61,428 nt of DNA, taken from Candidatus Omnitrophota bacterium. Lineage in GTDB: Bacteria > Omnitrophota > Gorgyraeia > Aquiviventales > JACQRC01. This document shows, piece by piece, positions 1 through 11,599 of this stretch; positions within the stretch are counted from its first letter, which is position 1, and each line of letters opens with the position of its first letter. The stretch spans positions 1 through 61,428 of the forward strand of contig JACQRC010000044.1 in NCBI GenBank assembly GCA_016206665.1, read 5' to 3'. The position numbers were made by a program, and so were the translations under genes. The notes under the pieces were generated by a model that saw only the letters and a list, made by a program, of their open reading frames with translations, did no database searches and was not told where the DNA came from.

Positions 1-1
1 G

Positions 2-91
2 ATGATCCATTCGACTCACTCCTCACTTCGTTCGTCGTTCGCTCAGGATCATGGTGAGCGAGGCCCCATCGGGGGCCGAGTCGAACCATGA
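2..91. repeat. Family A palindromic element (TTCGA..CTCAG / TGAGCG..GTCGAA), copy 1
   Basis: ATGA-TCCA-TTCGACT...CGCTCAG-GATCAT-GG-TGAGCG...GAGTCGAA-CC-ATGA; same layout as copies at 14590, 17785, 20098, 26433 and 34864. Left edge is at the window boundary. Confidence 0.85.
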
Positions 92-1329
92 TTCGCCGAC
101 GGTCGCTGTTTGAAGACTTTCGCCTCTCAGAACGGGAGCACAAGAACCTCGCCATCTTGGAGCTGATTCGCCGGAAAGGCCCCATCACGCGCACCGAGAT
201 CTCCCGCGGCACCGACCTCAACATCGTCACCGTCTCCAACTATGTCAACTCCTACATCCAGGCCGGCCTGGTCGCCGAGCGGGGGCTCGATGTCTCCACC
301 GGCGGCCGCAAGCCGACCCTCGTTGAGCTCAACGCCAAATCCGGATTTGCCATCGGCGTGGATGTGGGGCCGACGGATGAGCTGGCGCGGGTCGAGATGG
401 TCGGCGTGCTCGCAGACCTGGCCGGCCATGTGCATCACCAGGTCAAGAAGAGCCGCGCCCGGGAAAGCATGGAGCAGGTCCTCGCGCACATTCCCGCGCT
501 GATTCATGACGTCCTGGCCGAGGGGCACGCCGACAAGGTGGACAAAAAACTGCAGGGCATTGCGGTCGGTGTGCCGGGCATCGTTGACGAAACGGCGGGC
601 ACCGTCCGGGACATGTCACGCGGCGGCATCCGCTCCAGTTACACCGCGCTGCGCGACGAACTGGAGCAAAAATACAAGGTGCCGGTGCTCATCGGCAACG
701 ACGCGACCCTGGCGGCGCTCGGCGAACTGCGGTTGGGCCTGACCAAGGAGGTGCGTCACCTGCTCTACCTCTCCTCGGATGTCAGCTGCGGCATCATTCT
801 GAACGGCAACGTCTACTGGGGCGCGGCCGGCAGCGCGGGTGAGCTGGGCATCAACCGGCCGACCGAGGATGACGTCATCGCCTGGGAAAAGAGCGCGGCG
901 TATCTGCGGCCGACCGGCTCCGACTTGGGGATTCCGGCCCAGGTGCGCAAGTTGATCGGCGACGGCATCGACTCGAAGGTGAGCCAGCTCTCCAGGGGCA
1001 AGCTCGAATCGCTGACCTTGGAGACGGTCATTCAGGCCGCGCGCCAGGATGACCAGCTGGCGATGGAAGTCATTGAGAGCGCGGCCATCAATCTGGGGAT
1101 TCGCATCGCCTATCTCGTCAATCTCCTCAATCCCGAGGTGGTGGTCCTCGGCGGCGGCATCGAGCAGGCCGGCTCGACGCTGCTCGAGCCGGTCTTCCGG
1201 ACGGTGCGCCGCTGGGCCTTCGAAGAGGCGGCGAGCCAGGTCGACATCGTTCCGGCCCAGTTGGGCGAGGACGGGGTGGCCCTGGGCGCGGCCAGCTGGG
1301 TCGCGCGGGAAGTCTTTTTGCAGGTCTGA
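88..1329 (+). CDS. ROK family transcriptional regulator (NagC/XylR-like)
   Basis: N-terminal wHTH (ILELIRRKGPITRTEIS), STGGRKP linker, GVPGIVD, NDATLAALGE, GAAGSAGELG, NLLNPEVVVLGGG. Confidence 0.92.
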   Translation: MIRRRSLFEDFRLSEREHKNLAILELIRRKGPITRTEISRGTDLNIVTVSNYVNSYIQAGLVAERGLDVSTGGRKPTLVELNAKSGFAIGVDVGPTDELARVEMVGVLADLAGHVHHQVKKSRARESMEQVLAHIPALIHDVLAEGHADKVDKKLQGIAVGVPGIVDETAGTVRDMSRGGIRSSYTALRDELEQKYKVPVLIGNDATLAALGELRLGLTKEVRHLLYLSSDVSCGIILNGNVYWGAAGSAGELGINRPTEDDVIAWEKSAAYLRPTGSDLGIPAQVRKLIGDGIDSKVSQLSRGKLESLTLETVIQAARQDDQLAMEVIESAAINLGIRIAYLVNLLNPEVVVLGGGIEQAGSTLLEPVFRTVRRWAFEEAASQVDIVPAQLGEDGVALGAASWVAREVFLQV

Positions 1330-1330
1330 C

Positions 1331-2212
1331 ATGAACGGAACACCGGCCATCGCGGGCACAGGCATGGAGCAACGGTCAAAACTGCTGATCATCGGGCTGG
1401 GCGCGGTCGCGGCCATCGGGGTGGCCTGCAGCGTCTGGCTCTTCACGAGCGCCCAACAGGCCAGCATGAATTTTCTGCGCCTCGAACAGCAGATTCGCGA
1501 GGAGAACACGCAACTGCGCGACCGGCTGGCGGCGGTTGAGGCGGAGCGCCAAGGGCTCGAAGCCCGGCTCACCACGACCGGCGGCCGTCTCGAGGAAGTC
1601 CGCCATGAATTAGAGATGGTCAAGGGCCAATATGAGGAGCTGGACGCGGAGTATCGCTCGGTCCAGGTCGAGCGGGATCAGCTGGCCGGCCAGGTGCAGC
1701 AGATGTCGACGGAGCGGGAGCAGCTCCAGGACCAGATGGCCCGCCTGAGCGGCGAAAAGAGCGCGCTGGAGCAGACCGAAGCGGAGCTCAAGCGGACCCT
1801 GGACCGCCTCGAGCAGGAAAACCGCCGGCTCACCGAGCGCCTGGATGATTTGACCCATCGCGCCGCGGCAGGCGCCGTCATCGGGGTGATGGCCGGTGCG
1901 GTGCCGACCGCGGCGATGCAGACGATCGAACTGCCGCCCATTGTGGTGCAGCAGGGTGGCGGCCGGCCGGTCACCCCGGCGCCCGTCACGGGCAAGGTCG
2001 TGCAGGTGGACCGTGCGCATCAGTTTGCCGTCGTCAACAAGGGGCGCCGGGACGGCGTGCAACAGGGGATGACCTTTCAGGTCTCCCGCAACGGCAATCC
2101 CATCGGCAAGATGACGGCCCTGCGTGTTCGGGACAACTTCACCGCGTGCGACCTGGGCCGGTCCACCGCTGCTGCGGTCGCGGTCGGAGATCAAATCCTC
2201 GTGCTGCCTTGA
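1331..2212 (+). CDS. Membrane-anchored coiled-coil protein with C-terminal beta domain (FlgT-C-like)
   Basis: ATG 1331 directly after the ROK stop (alternative ATG 1363); hydrophobic N-terminal helix, long heptad region, C-terminal GKVVQVDRAHQFAVVNKGRRDGV; paralog at 6958. Confidence 0.75.
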   Translation: MNGTPAIAGTGMEQRSKLLIIGLGAVAAIGVACSVWLFTSAQQASMNFLRLEQQIREENTQLRDRLAAVEAERQGLEARLTTTGGRLEEVRHELEMVKGQYEELDAEYRSVQVERDQLAGQVQQMSTEREQLQDQMARLSGEKSALEQTEAELKRTLDRLEQENRRLTERLDDLTHRAAAGAVIGVMAGAVPTAAMQTIELPPIVVQQGGGRPVTPAPVTGKVVQVDRAHQFAVVNKGRRDGVQQGMTFQVSRNGNPIGKMTALRVRDNFTACDLGRSTAAAVAVGDQILVLP

Positions 2213-2237
2213 CAGGCGTCGCCGACCCGTGTATTAT
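2209..2237 (+). promoter_or_regulatory. sigma70-type promoter
   Basis: TTGACA-17 nt-TATTAT, 9 nt before ATG 2247. Confidence 0.7.
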
Positions 2238-2246
2238 CACCCCAGG

Positions 2247-2816
2247 ATGAAAGGTCCCCTCCGCGTACTGATGATGGTGGTCTGCGTGTTGGCCGCGCCG
2301 ATGGTGGTGAGGGCCGGCGAGGCCGACGGCCTCCATGAACAGCAGCCGCTCACCCGCGATCGGCGTCGCCATCTGATCCAGTCCAGCCTGCGGGAGGGCA
2401 AGGCCCAGTTCGCCAAGCGCGAGGATGACCGGGCCAGGCGGTCCTTCTCCCAGGTCCTGCAATTGGAGCCGGGCCACCGCGAAGCGCGGGCGTATCTGGA
2501 GCGGATGGCGAAGCGCTCCGCACGGGGGGGTGCTGCGCCTGCGCATGAACAGGAGACCGGCCGCCGGCCCGCCCGAGCACCGCGCAGGGCCCAACCGATG
2601 CCGCCGACCGCAGGAGCCTATGTGGGCCGGCGGTTGGCCGCGTCAGAGACGCCGCACGGCTCGCCGAACTTCGCCAGGACGGCCGCCCCCGACGCCGGCG
2701 CCTCCTCAGCGGCCGACCGCGAAGCCGCGCGTCTGCAGGCCCGCGAAGGGGCGATGGAGCGCGCCCTGCAGCGGCAGGCCCGCCGCCGGCCGTCCGACGG
2801 CCGCGCGTCACGTTAG
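2247..2816 (+). CDS. Exported protein with one TPR-like repeat and a low-complexity tail
   Basis: Signal peptide MKGPLRVLMMVVCVLAAPMVVRA; GKAQF...ARRSFSQVLQLEPGHREARAYL TPR-like pair. Confidence 0.55.
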   Translation: MKGPLRVLMMVVCVLAAPMVVRAGEADGLHEQQPLTRDRRRHLIQSSLREGKAQFAKREDDRARRSFSQVLQLEPGHREARAYLERMAKRSARGGAAPAHEQETGRRPARAPRRAQPMPPTAGAYVGRRLAASETPHGSPNFARTAAPDAGASSAADREAARLQAREGAMERALQRQARRRPSDGRASR

Positions 2817-2825
2817 ACCGCACGC

Positions 2826-3842
2826 ATGCCGCATCCGTCCAGCCACAAGCTGAACATCGCCGACGTCGCCAAGGCGGCGGGCGTTTCCACGACGACCGTT
2901 TCGCGGGTCATCAACCGCATCGGGACCGTCAAGGAGTCGAACCGCGCCCGCGTGCTCGACGCCATCCGCAAAATGAAGTACCGACCCAACCCCAGCGCCC
3001 AGCGCCTCGCCGCCGGCAAGAATAACACCATCGGCCTCGTCATTCCCCGCTTCCAGGATATGTTCCATTCGTTCTATATCACCGAGCTGATGCGCGGGGT
3101 GGGCACCGCGAGCGAGCGGCTGAAGCTCGACCTGCTCCTGCATATCACGGACGGACCCTGGACGAACATGCAGAGCGTCGAGGGGCTGCTGTTCGCCGAT
3201 CTCGACGGCAGCGAGGAGCTGGTCGACGCGGCCGTCGAACAAGGGATTCCCTGCGTCATCATGAATCATTTCCTCGAAGAGCTGCCGGTCTCCTGCGTCG
3301 CCGTTGACAACCGCAAGGCCGCGCGGGAGGTGGTGCGATACCTCGCCGAGTTAGGGCATCAGGAGATCGCCACGATCACCGGCCATCTACGGACCCATGT
3401 GGGCATCGAGCGCCTCGACGGCTACCTGGCCGCCATCAAGGAGCGCAAGCTGCCGATGAAGGAGGCTTACGTGGAGCATGGCGACTTCGGCGCTCCCTCG
3501 GCCCGGGAACCGGCCAAGCGGCTGCTCGGCCTGAAGGATCGGCCGACCGCGATCTTCGCGGCGAGCGATGCGATGGCGGTCGAGACGATCGAGGTCGCCT
3601 TCGAGCTGGGCCTGCGGGTGCCCGAGGATCTGTCGGTGGTCGGCTTTGATGACAGCCCGGTGGCCGCCTTCGGCCGGGTGCCGTTGACGACCGTGTGGCA
3701 GCCCCTGAGCGGCGTGGGCGAGCAGTCCGTCGAGATTCTGCATGATCAGATCGACGGGAAGGTGAAGTCGCCCATCAAGCGGCTGTTGCCCACCCAAATC
3801 ATCAAGCGGCAGTCCTGCCGGCAGACCTGGCTGGAACGGTAA
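2826..3842 (+). CDS. LacI family transcriptional regulator
   Basis: NIADVAKAAGVSTTTVSRVIN HTH, YRPNPSAQRL hinge, RVPEDLSVVGFDD, PLTTVWQP. Confidence 0.95.
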   Translation: MPHPSSHKLNIADVAKAAGVSTTTVSRVINRIGTVKESNRARVLDAIRKMKYRPNPSAQRLAAGKNNTIGLVIPRFQDMFHSFYITELMRGVGTASERLKLDLLLHITDGPWTNMQSVEGLLFADLDGSEELVDAAVEQGIPCVIMNHFLEELPVSCVAVDNRKAAREVVRYLAELGHQEIATITGHLRTHVGIERLDGYLAAIKERKLPMKEAYVEHGDFGAPSAREPAKRLLGLKDRPTAIFAASDAMAVETIEVAFELGLRVPEDLSVVGFDDSPVAAFGRVPLTTVWQPLSGVGEQSVEILHDQIDGKVKSPIKRLLPTQIIKRQSCRQTWLER

Positions 3843-4909
3843 TGGCAGCGCGCAGCCTGCAGGAGCCGATCCGCATCGCGATGTTAGGCTGCGGCGGTCT
3901 GGGGAAGGCGGCCGCCCAGATCATCGGCATGAAGCGCGAGTGCCGGCTCGTCGCCATCTGCGACAGCACCGGCTATGCCCTCGACCCTGACGGCCTCGAT
4001 ACCGAAACCCTCGCCGCGTTGACGACGGATATCGCCAGCGGCTATCGGAGGCCCGCTCGCCGCTCGCCGCTCGCCGCTCGCAGTGCAGCGGCGGGTGTGG
4101 CGACAGCTTCGGGGTTGGACATCGCGGCCGCGGATGATCCGTTGCAGGAGCTCCTCGAACGCGCCGAGCTCTTCGACGCGGTCTTCGTGGCGCTGCCCAA
4201 TCTGCCGAATGAATTCATCCCATCCGTGACGCAGCGGTTTCTCCGGCGCAGCACGGGGCTCGTCTATGTGGATGTGCTCAAGCGCACCGGCGCGGTGGCG
4301 CAGATGTATGCGCTGGACGACCAGGTGCAGCGCGCCCGCAGCGTCTATCTCACCGGCTGCGGGGCCACCCCCGGGCTGCTGTCCGCCGCCGCGGTCCTGG
4401 CGGCGCAGTCCTTCATCACCGTCGAATCGGTGGAGATCTGGTGGGGCGTGGGCATCGCGAACTGGGCGCAGCACAAGGCCACGATCCGCGAGGATATCGC
4501 CCACCTGCCCGGCTACACGGTCGAGCGCGCCAAGGCGATGACCGATGCCGAGGTGGACGCCTTGCTCGAGCAGACGAACGGCCGGCTGGAGCTCCACCAC
4601 ATGGAGCATGCCGACGATCTCCTGCTCGAACGCGCCGGCGTCGTGGATCGGCGCGCCCAGGTGGAGGTGGGCGGCGTCATGGACACCCGCCACGCCCGGA
4701 AACCGGTCACGACCACCATGACGCTCACCGGTATTACCTTCGAAGGTCGGCGCTCCTCCCACCGTTTTGTGCTGGGCGATGAGACCACGATGGCCGCCAA
4801 CGTGATCGGCCCGGCGCTGGGCTACCTCAAGCGCGGAGCGTGGCTTCGCGACCGCGGCGTCCACGGCGTCTTCGGCTCGACCGAAGTCCTGCCGATGGTC
4901 ATGCGCTAA
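3842..4909 (+). CDS. bioU: BioU-like dehydrogenase-fold enzyme (replaces BioA in biotin synthesis)
   Basis: GCGGLG Rossmann motif, ALPNLPN, VDVLKRT, TGCGATPGLL, ATIREDIAHLPGY, GDETTMAANV; directly upstream of bioF and bioD. Confidence 0.82.
   Translation: MAARSLQEPIRIAMLGCGGLGKAAAQIIGMKRECRLVAICDSTGYALDPDGLDTETLAALTTDIASGYRRPARRSPLAARSAAAGVATASGLDIAAADDPLQELLERAELFDAVFVALPNLPNEFIPSVTQRFLRRSTGLVYVDVLKRTGAVAQMYALDDQVQRARSVYLTGCGATPGLLSAAAVLAAQSFITVESVEIWWGVGIANWAQHKATIREDIAHLPGYTVERAKAMTDAEVDALLEQTNGRLELHHMEHADDLLLERAGVVDRRAQVEVGGVMDTRHARKPVTTTMTLTGITFEGRRSSHRFVLGDETTMAANVIGPALGYLKRGAWLRDRGVHGVFGSTEVLPMVMR
4053..4080 (+). repeat. (CCGCTCG)x4 tandem repeat inside bioU
   Basis: Four perfect 7-mers, translated as PARRSPLAAR. 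Confidence 0.9.
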
Positions 4910-4920
4910 CTGACATAGAG

Positions 4921-4986
4921 AGCAATCAGCAGCCAGCAGTCAGCAATCAGCAACAGCTGACTGCTGATAGCTGATTGCTGATTGCT
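4921..4986. repeat. Inverted array of 7-mers (AGCAATC-like), hairpin forming
   Basis: agcaatc agcagcc agcagtc agcaatc agc-aaca-gct gactgct gatagct gattgct gattgct. Confidence 0.85.
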
Positions 4987-4990
4987 TCGG

Positions 4991-6912
<1,922 letters not shown>

Positions 6913-6957
6913 CATACCTGAAAGACTTTCTATTATGCTCATCAAAAGGAGGAGCTG

Positions 6958-7773
6958 ATGGTGAGGGGTCAGCAGGGCAAGGCGTCAACGATCATCCTGT
7001 CCATCGTGACCATCGTCGGGTTGGGCGCAGCGGGCGCGGCGCTCTACGTGGAAGAGCAGGAGCGCAGCAAGCGCGTCGCCCTCGAGGAAGAGTTGACGGT
7101 CGTGACGCAGGCCAAGGATGCGGCCGAGGCCCAGGTGGATAACCTGCGCCAGGCGCGCGCCCAGGCCGAGAGCGAGTTGGCCCGCATCAAGAGCGAGACC
7201 GATCGCATCGCCCAAGAGCTCGCCCAGGCGCAGCAGGACAAAGAGGCGATTCAGCGGGAGCTGGCCCAGAAATCGGGCGAGATCGACGAGCTGAAGCAGG
7301 CGATGCAGCAGGAGCAGAGCAGCCGCTCGACGCTGGCCGAGCAGCTGGCGTCGGCCCAGCAGGATTATCAAACCACCCAGGCCGAGCTCCAGGATCTTCG
7401 GAGGAGCAAGCAGACCCTCGAGGCCAAACTGAAGGACCTGACCGGCGCTCATCCTGTGGAGCTGGAGAAGGTCGTCGTCAAGAAATCGGAGATGAACTTC
7501 GCCGGCACCCAGCCCGACACCGGGACGGCGGTGGCCGTCGGTGCGCTGGAGGGGCAGGTGCTCGTGGTCAACCGCGAATTTGACTTTATCGTGGTGAACC
7601 TCGGCAAGACGCAGGGCGTGTCGGTCGGCAAGACGATGCAGGTCGTGCGCGGCCAGGACGTGTTAGGTACGGTGCGCGTCGAGAAAGTCTATGACACCTT
7701 GTCCGCCGCGGCCATCCTGCCGGATGCCAAGAAGGATCAGATCAAGGAAGGCGACAAGGTCCGCACGTTGTAA
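6958..7773 (+). CDS. Membrane-anchored coiled-coil protein with C-terminal beta domain (paralog of 1331-2212)
   Basis: AGGAGG RBS; N-terminal TM helix, coiled coil, VELEKVVV, GQVLVVNREFDFIVVNLGKTQGV. Confidence 0.8.
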   Translation: MVRGQQGKASTIILSIVTIVGLGAAGAALYVEEQERSKRVALEEELTVVTQAKDAAEAQVDNLRQARAQAESELARIKSETDRIAQELAQAQQDKEAIQRELAQKSGEIDELKQAMQQEQSSRSTLAEQLASAQQDYQTTQAELQDLRRSKQTLEAKLKDLTGAHPVELEKVVVKKSEMNFAGTQPDTGTAVAVGALEGQVLVVNREFDFIVVNLGKTQGVSVGKTMQVVRGQDVLGTVRVEKVYDTLSAAAILPDAKKDQIKEGDKVRTL

Positions 7774-7800
7774 TCAGCCATTGGCACGTGGAGAGGTACC

Positions 7801-7836
7801 AAGCGGGGCGGAGATGATCGCCCCGCTTTGCTTTGA
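7801..7836 (+). terminator. Probable intrinsic terminator
   Basis: AAGCGGGGCG-8 nt loop-CGCCCCGCTT followed by TGCTTTG. Confidence 0.5.
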
Positions 7837-7842
7837 GGTGGG

Positions 7843-9165
7843 ATGTTGGCTGAATGGATGATTCGCCCCTCCGGGCCGCTGCGCGGGCGCCACGCCGTGC
7901 CGGGGGACAAATCGATCTCCCATCGGGTCATCATCATCGGCGCCATGGCGCGCGGCACCACGCGCGCCCGGCATCTGCTGCTGTCGGAGGATTGCCGACG
8001 CACCATCAAGGCCTTCCGGGCGCTCGGCGTTCGCGTGGCGCTCTCCGGTGACACGGTGACCATTGCAAGCCAGGGCATCGAAGCCTGGCAGGCGCCGGCC
8101 GGGCCCATCGACTGCGGCAATTCCGGGACGACGATGCGGCTGCTCTCCGGTGTATTCGCCGGATGTCCGTGGCGCGTGATGCTGACCGGGGATGCCTCCC
8201 TATCCCGTCGGCCGATGCGCCGCGTGGCCGTGCCGTTGCGGTTGATGGGCGCGCGTGTGGCCGGTCGTGTGCGGCGCGGCGAGGTCTATCCGCCGTTGCG
8301 CATCCACGGTGGCGCGATCCATCCGCTGCGCTACGCGATGCCGGTCGCGAGCGCGCAGGTCAAATCGGCCGTCCTCTTCGCGGGTGCGCAGGCCGACGGG
8401 GTCACCGCAGTCCGCGAGCCGCAGCCGACGCGCGACCATACCGAAGGGCTGTTGCGGTTCTGTGGCGCCGCGATCCGCCGCCGGGGTGCGTGGGTGCGTC
8501 TCATCGGTCCGGTGCGGGTGCGGCCGCGCCGGCTGGTGGTGCCCGGCGATCTCTCGAGCGCCGCCTTTCTCATCGTGGCCGGGCTCATCGTGCCCGGCTC
8601 CCATCTGGTCCTGCAGGATGTGGGGGTGAACCCCACGCGGACCGGGCTCCTCACGGTGTTGCGCCGTATGGGGGCGCGGCTGCGCCTCTGCGCGCGCGCG
8701 GCGCACGGCTGGGAGCCGCGCGCTGACGTCGAGGTGTCGGCCTCCGCGCTGCGCGGGGTGGCGGTGGGCGGGGCCCTCATTCCGAATCTCATCGATGAGC
8801 TGCCGATCCTCATGGTGGCTGCGTGCGCGGCCAGCGGCCGCACCGTGCTGCGCGGAGTGGGTGAGCTGCGGGTCAAGGAGACGGACCGCATCGAGTCGAT
8901 GGTGGCCGGGTTGTCTCGGATGGGCGCGGCGATTCGCGCCACACGCACGCGCGCATCGGGCGATGTGGTGACGATCGATGGGGGGGTACCCCTGCACGGG
9001 GCGATCGTGGACAGCCGTGGAGATCACCGCACGGCGATGAGCCTGGCGATCGCCGGCTTGCTCGCCCGCGGCGCCACGCGCGTCCGCGATGTGGCCTGTG
9101 TGGATACCTCCTTTCCCGGATTTGCCGCAACCCTCCGTGCCTGCGGCGCTTTGATTAAGGCTTAA
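7843..9165 (+). CDS. aroA: 3-phosphoshikimate 1-carboxyvinyltransferase
   Basis: PGDKSISHR, DCGNSGTTMR, RPMRR, SAQVKS, RDHTE, ELRVKETDRI, DHRTAM, TSFPGF. Confidence 0.97.
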   Translation: MLAEWMIRPSGPLRGRHAVPGDKSISHRVIIIGAMARGTTRARHLLLSEDCRRTIKAFRALGVRVALSGDTVTIASQGIEAWQAPAGPIDCGNSGTTMRLLSGVFAGCPWRVMLTGDASLSRRPMRRVAVPLRLMGARVAGRVRRGEVYPPLRIHGGAIHPLRYAMPVASAQVKSAVLFAGAQADGVTAVREPQPTRDHTEGLLRFCGAAIRRRGAWVRLIGPVRVRPRRLVVPGDLSSAAFLIVAGLIVPGSHLVLQDVGVNPTRTGLLTVLRRMGARLRLCARAAHGWEPRADVEVSASALRGVAVGGALIPNLIDELPILMVAACAASGRTVLRGVGELRVKETDRIESMVAGLSRMGAAIRATRTRASGDVVTIDGGVPLHGAIVDSRGDHRTAMSLAIAGLLARGATRVRDVACVDTSFPGFAATLRACGALIKA

Positions 9166-9172
9166 AAAAGAT

Positions 9173-9202
9173 TTGACACGGGCCGGCGCCTCAACGTATA
9201 AT
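9173..9202 (+). promoter_or_regulatory. sigma70-type promoter of the mre operon
   Basis: TTGACA-18 nt-TATAAT, then GAGG RBS before ATG 9229. Confidence 0.8.
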
Positions 9203-9228
9203 CACACCATCATCCAATTGAGGAATTA

Positions 9229-10308
<1,080 letters not shown>

Positions 10309-10367
10309 GCTCCTCCGGTTCGGCCCTGGCACCGGTCACGGTGCCATCGTGAGTTAAGAACCCTGCC

Positions 10368-11129
10368 GTGGCTTCCCGCCGTCTGCTCGTGCTCAGCGCG
10401 CTGATCCTGATCTTCCTCATCGGCATCGGGTCCCATCTGCCCTCCGCCGGGTGGCAGGCGGTCAGCTGGCCGGGGCGCGGGATCGCGAATCTCGCGCAGG
10501 TGCTCGGCGATGTCGGCGGGTTTCACCGGCTCCGCGCTGAGCGCGACGCGCTGCGCGCCGACGTGGCCCGGCTCTCGCAGGAGCTCACCGATGCCCGGGA
10601 GGCCACACAGGAAAACCGTCGCCTGCGCTCACTCATCGAACTCAGCTCCGCAGCCCCGTCATCGATGACGGTCGCGCGTGTGATCGGCCGCAGCCCGTGG
10701 CTCTGGTCGCAGTCGATCGTGCTCGACCAGGGACGGCGGCAGGGCATCCATCCTGATGCGCCCGTGGTCGTGCCGGACGGCCTGGTCGGCCGCGTCGCCG
10801 AGGTCGGCGAACGGACGGCCCGGGCCGTATTGCTGACCGATCCCAACTTCCGCGCCGGCGTCATCCTCGAGCGCACCCGGCAGGAGGGGTTGCTCACCGG
10901 CACCCCGGACGGGCGCTGCGAAATCACCTATCTGCCCATCGAAGCCGACATCCAACCGCACGATGTGGTGCTGACGGCAGGGATCGGGGTCATCTTTCCG
11001 AAGGGGCTGCGGGTGGGCGAGGTGACCTCGATTCGGGAGGATCCATCCCGCAGCTATCGCATCGCCGCCGTCCGTCCGTACGCCGCGCTCTCCAACCTTG
11101 AAGAAGTCGGGTGTCTCTTGGCCCAATGA
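10368..11129 (+). CDS. mreC: Rod shape-determining protein MreC
   Basis: ENRRLRSLI coiled coil, ARVIGRSP, GLVGRV, FPKGLRVG; position after mreB. Confidence 0.93.
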   Translation: MASRRLLVLSALILIFLIGIGSHLPSAGWQAVSWPGRGIANLAQVLGDVGGFHRLRAERDALRADVARLSQELTDAREATQENRRLRSLIELSSAAPSSMTVARVIGRSPWLWSQSIVLDQGRRQGIHPDAPVVVPDGLVGRVAEVGERTARAVLLTDPNFRAGVILERTRQEGLLTGTPDGRCEITYLPIEADIQPHDVVLTAGIGVIFPKGLRVGEVTSIREDPSRSYRIAAVRPYAALSNLEEVGCLLAQ

Positions 11130-11599
11130 TGCGCCTCATTCGTACGCTCCTGCTGGCGACCACCCTGCTCGTCCTCGCGGGAGCGATGCGCAGCCGGTGG
11201 ACCCTTGGCGGCCTGGGACCCGATCCGGTCTCCATCGCCGTGGTGCTCGTGGCGTTGCGCCTCGGCTTCTGGGGCGGGGCGGTGGCCGGCGGCTTCGCAG
11301 GCTGGTGGATCGGTCTCTGGACGCCGTTCGTCGTCTGGCAGCCGTATGTGGCCATGGGTCTGGGCGGGGCGGTCATCGGGGGCATGACGCGCTGGCTCTA
11401 CCGTGATGCCATCTCCACGGCGTGGGTGGCCAGCCTCGGATTGGTGGCGCTGAACGGCGCGATGGCGGCCGCGAGTTGGCCGACAGACGTGACCGTCCGG
11501 GGAACGCAGCTGTGGCTGCAGGCGATGCTGCCATCCGGTGTGGCGACCGCGGTCGTCGCCTCGCTCGGCGTGCTGTGGGCGCGGGAACCGCAACGATGA
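11126..11599 (+). CDS. mreD: MreD-like membrane protein
   Basis: Hydrophobic, PD motif after first TM, ATGA-coupled between mreC and mrdA; divergent. Confidence 0.7.
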   Translation: MMRLIRTLLLATTLLVLAGAMRSRWTLGGLGPDPVSIAVVLVALRLGFWGGAVAGGFAGWWIGLWTPFVVWQPYVAMGLGGAVIGGMTRWLYRDAISTAWVASLGLVALNGAMAAASWPTDVTVRGTQLWLQAMLPSGVATAVVASLGVLWAREPQR

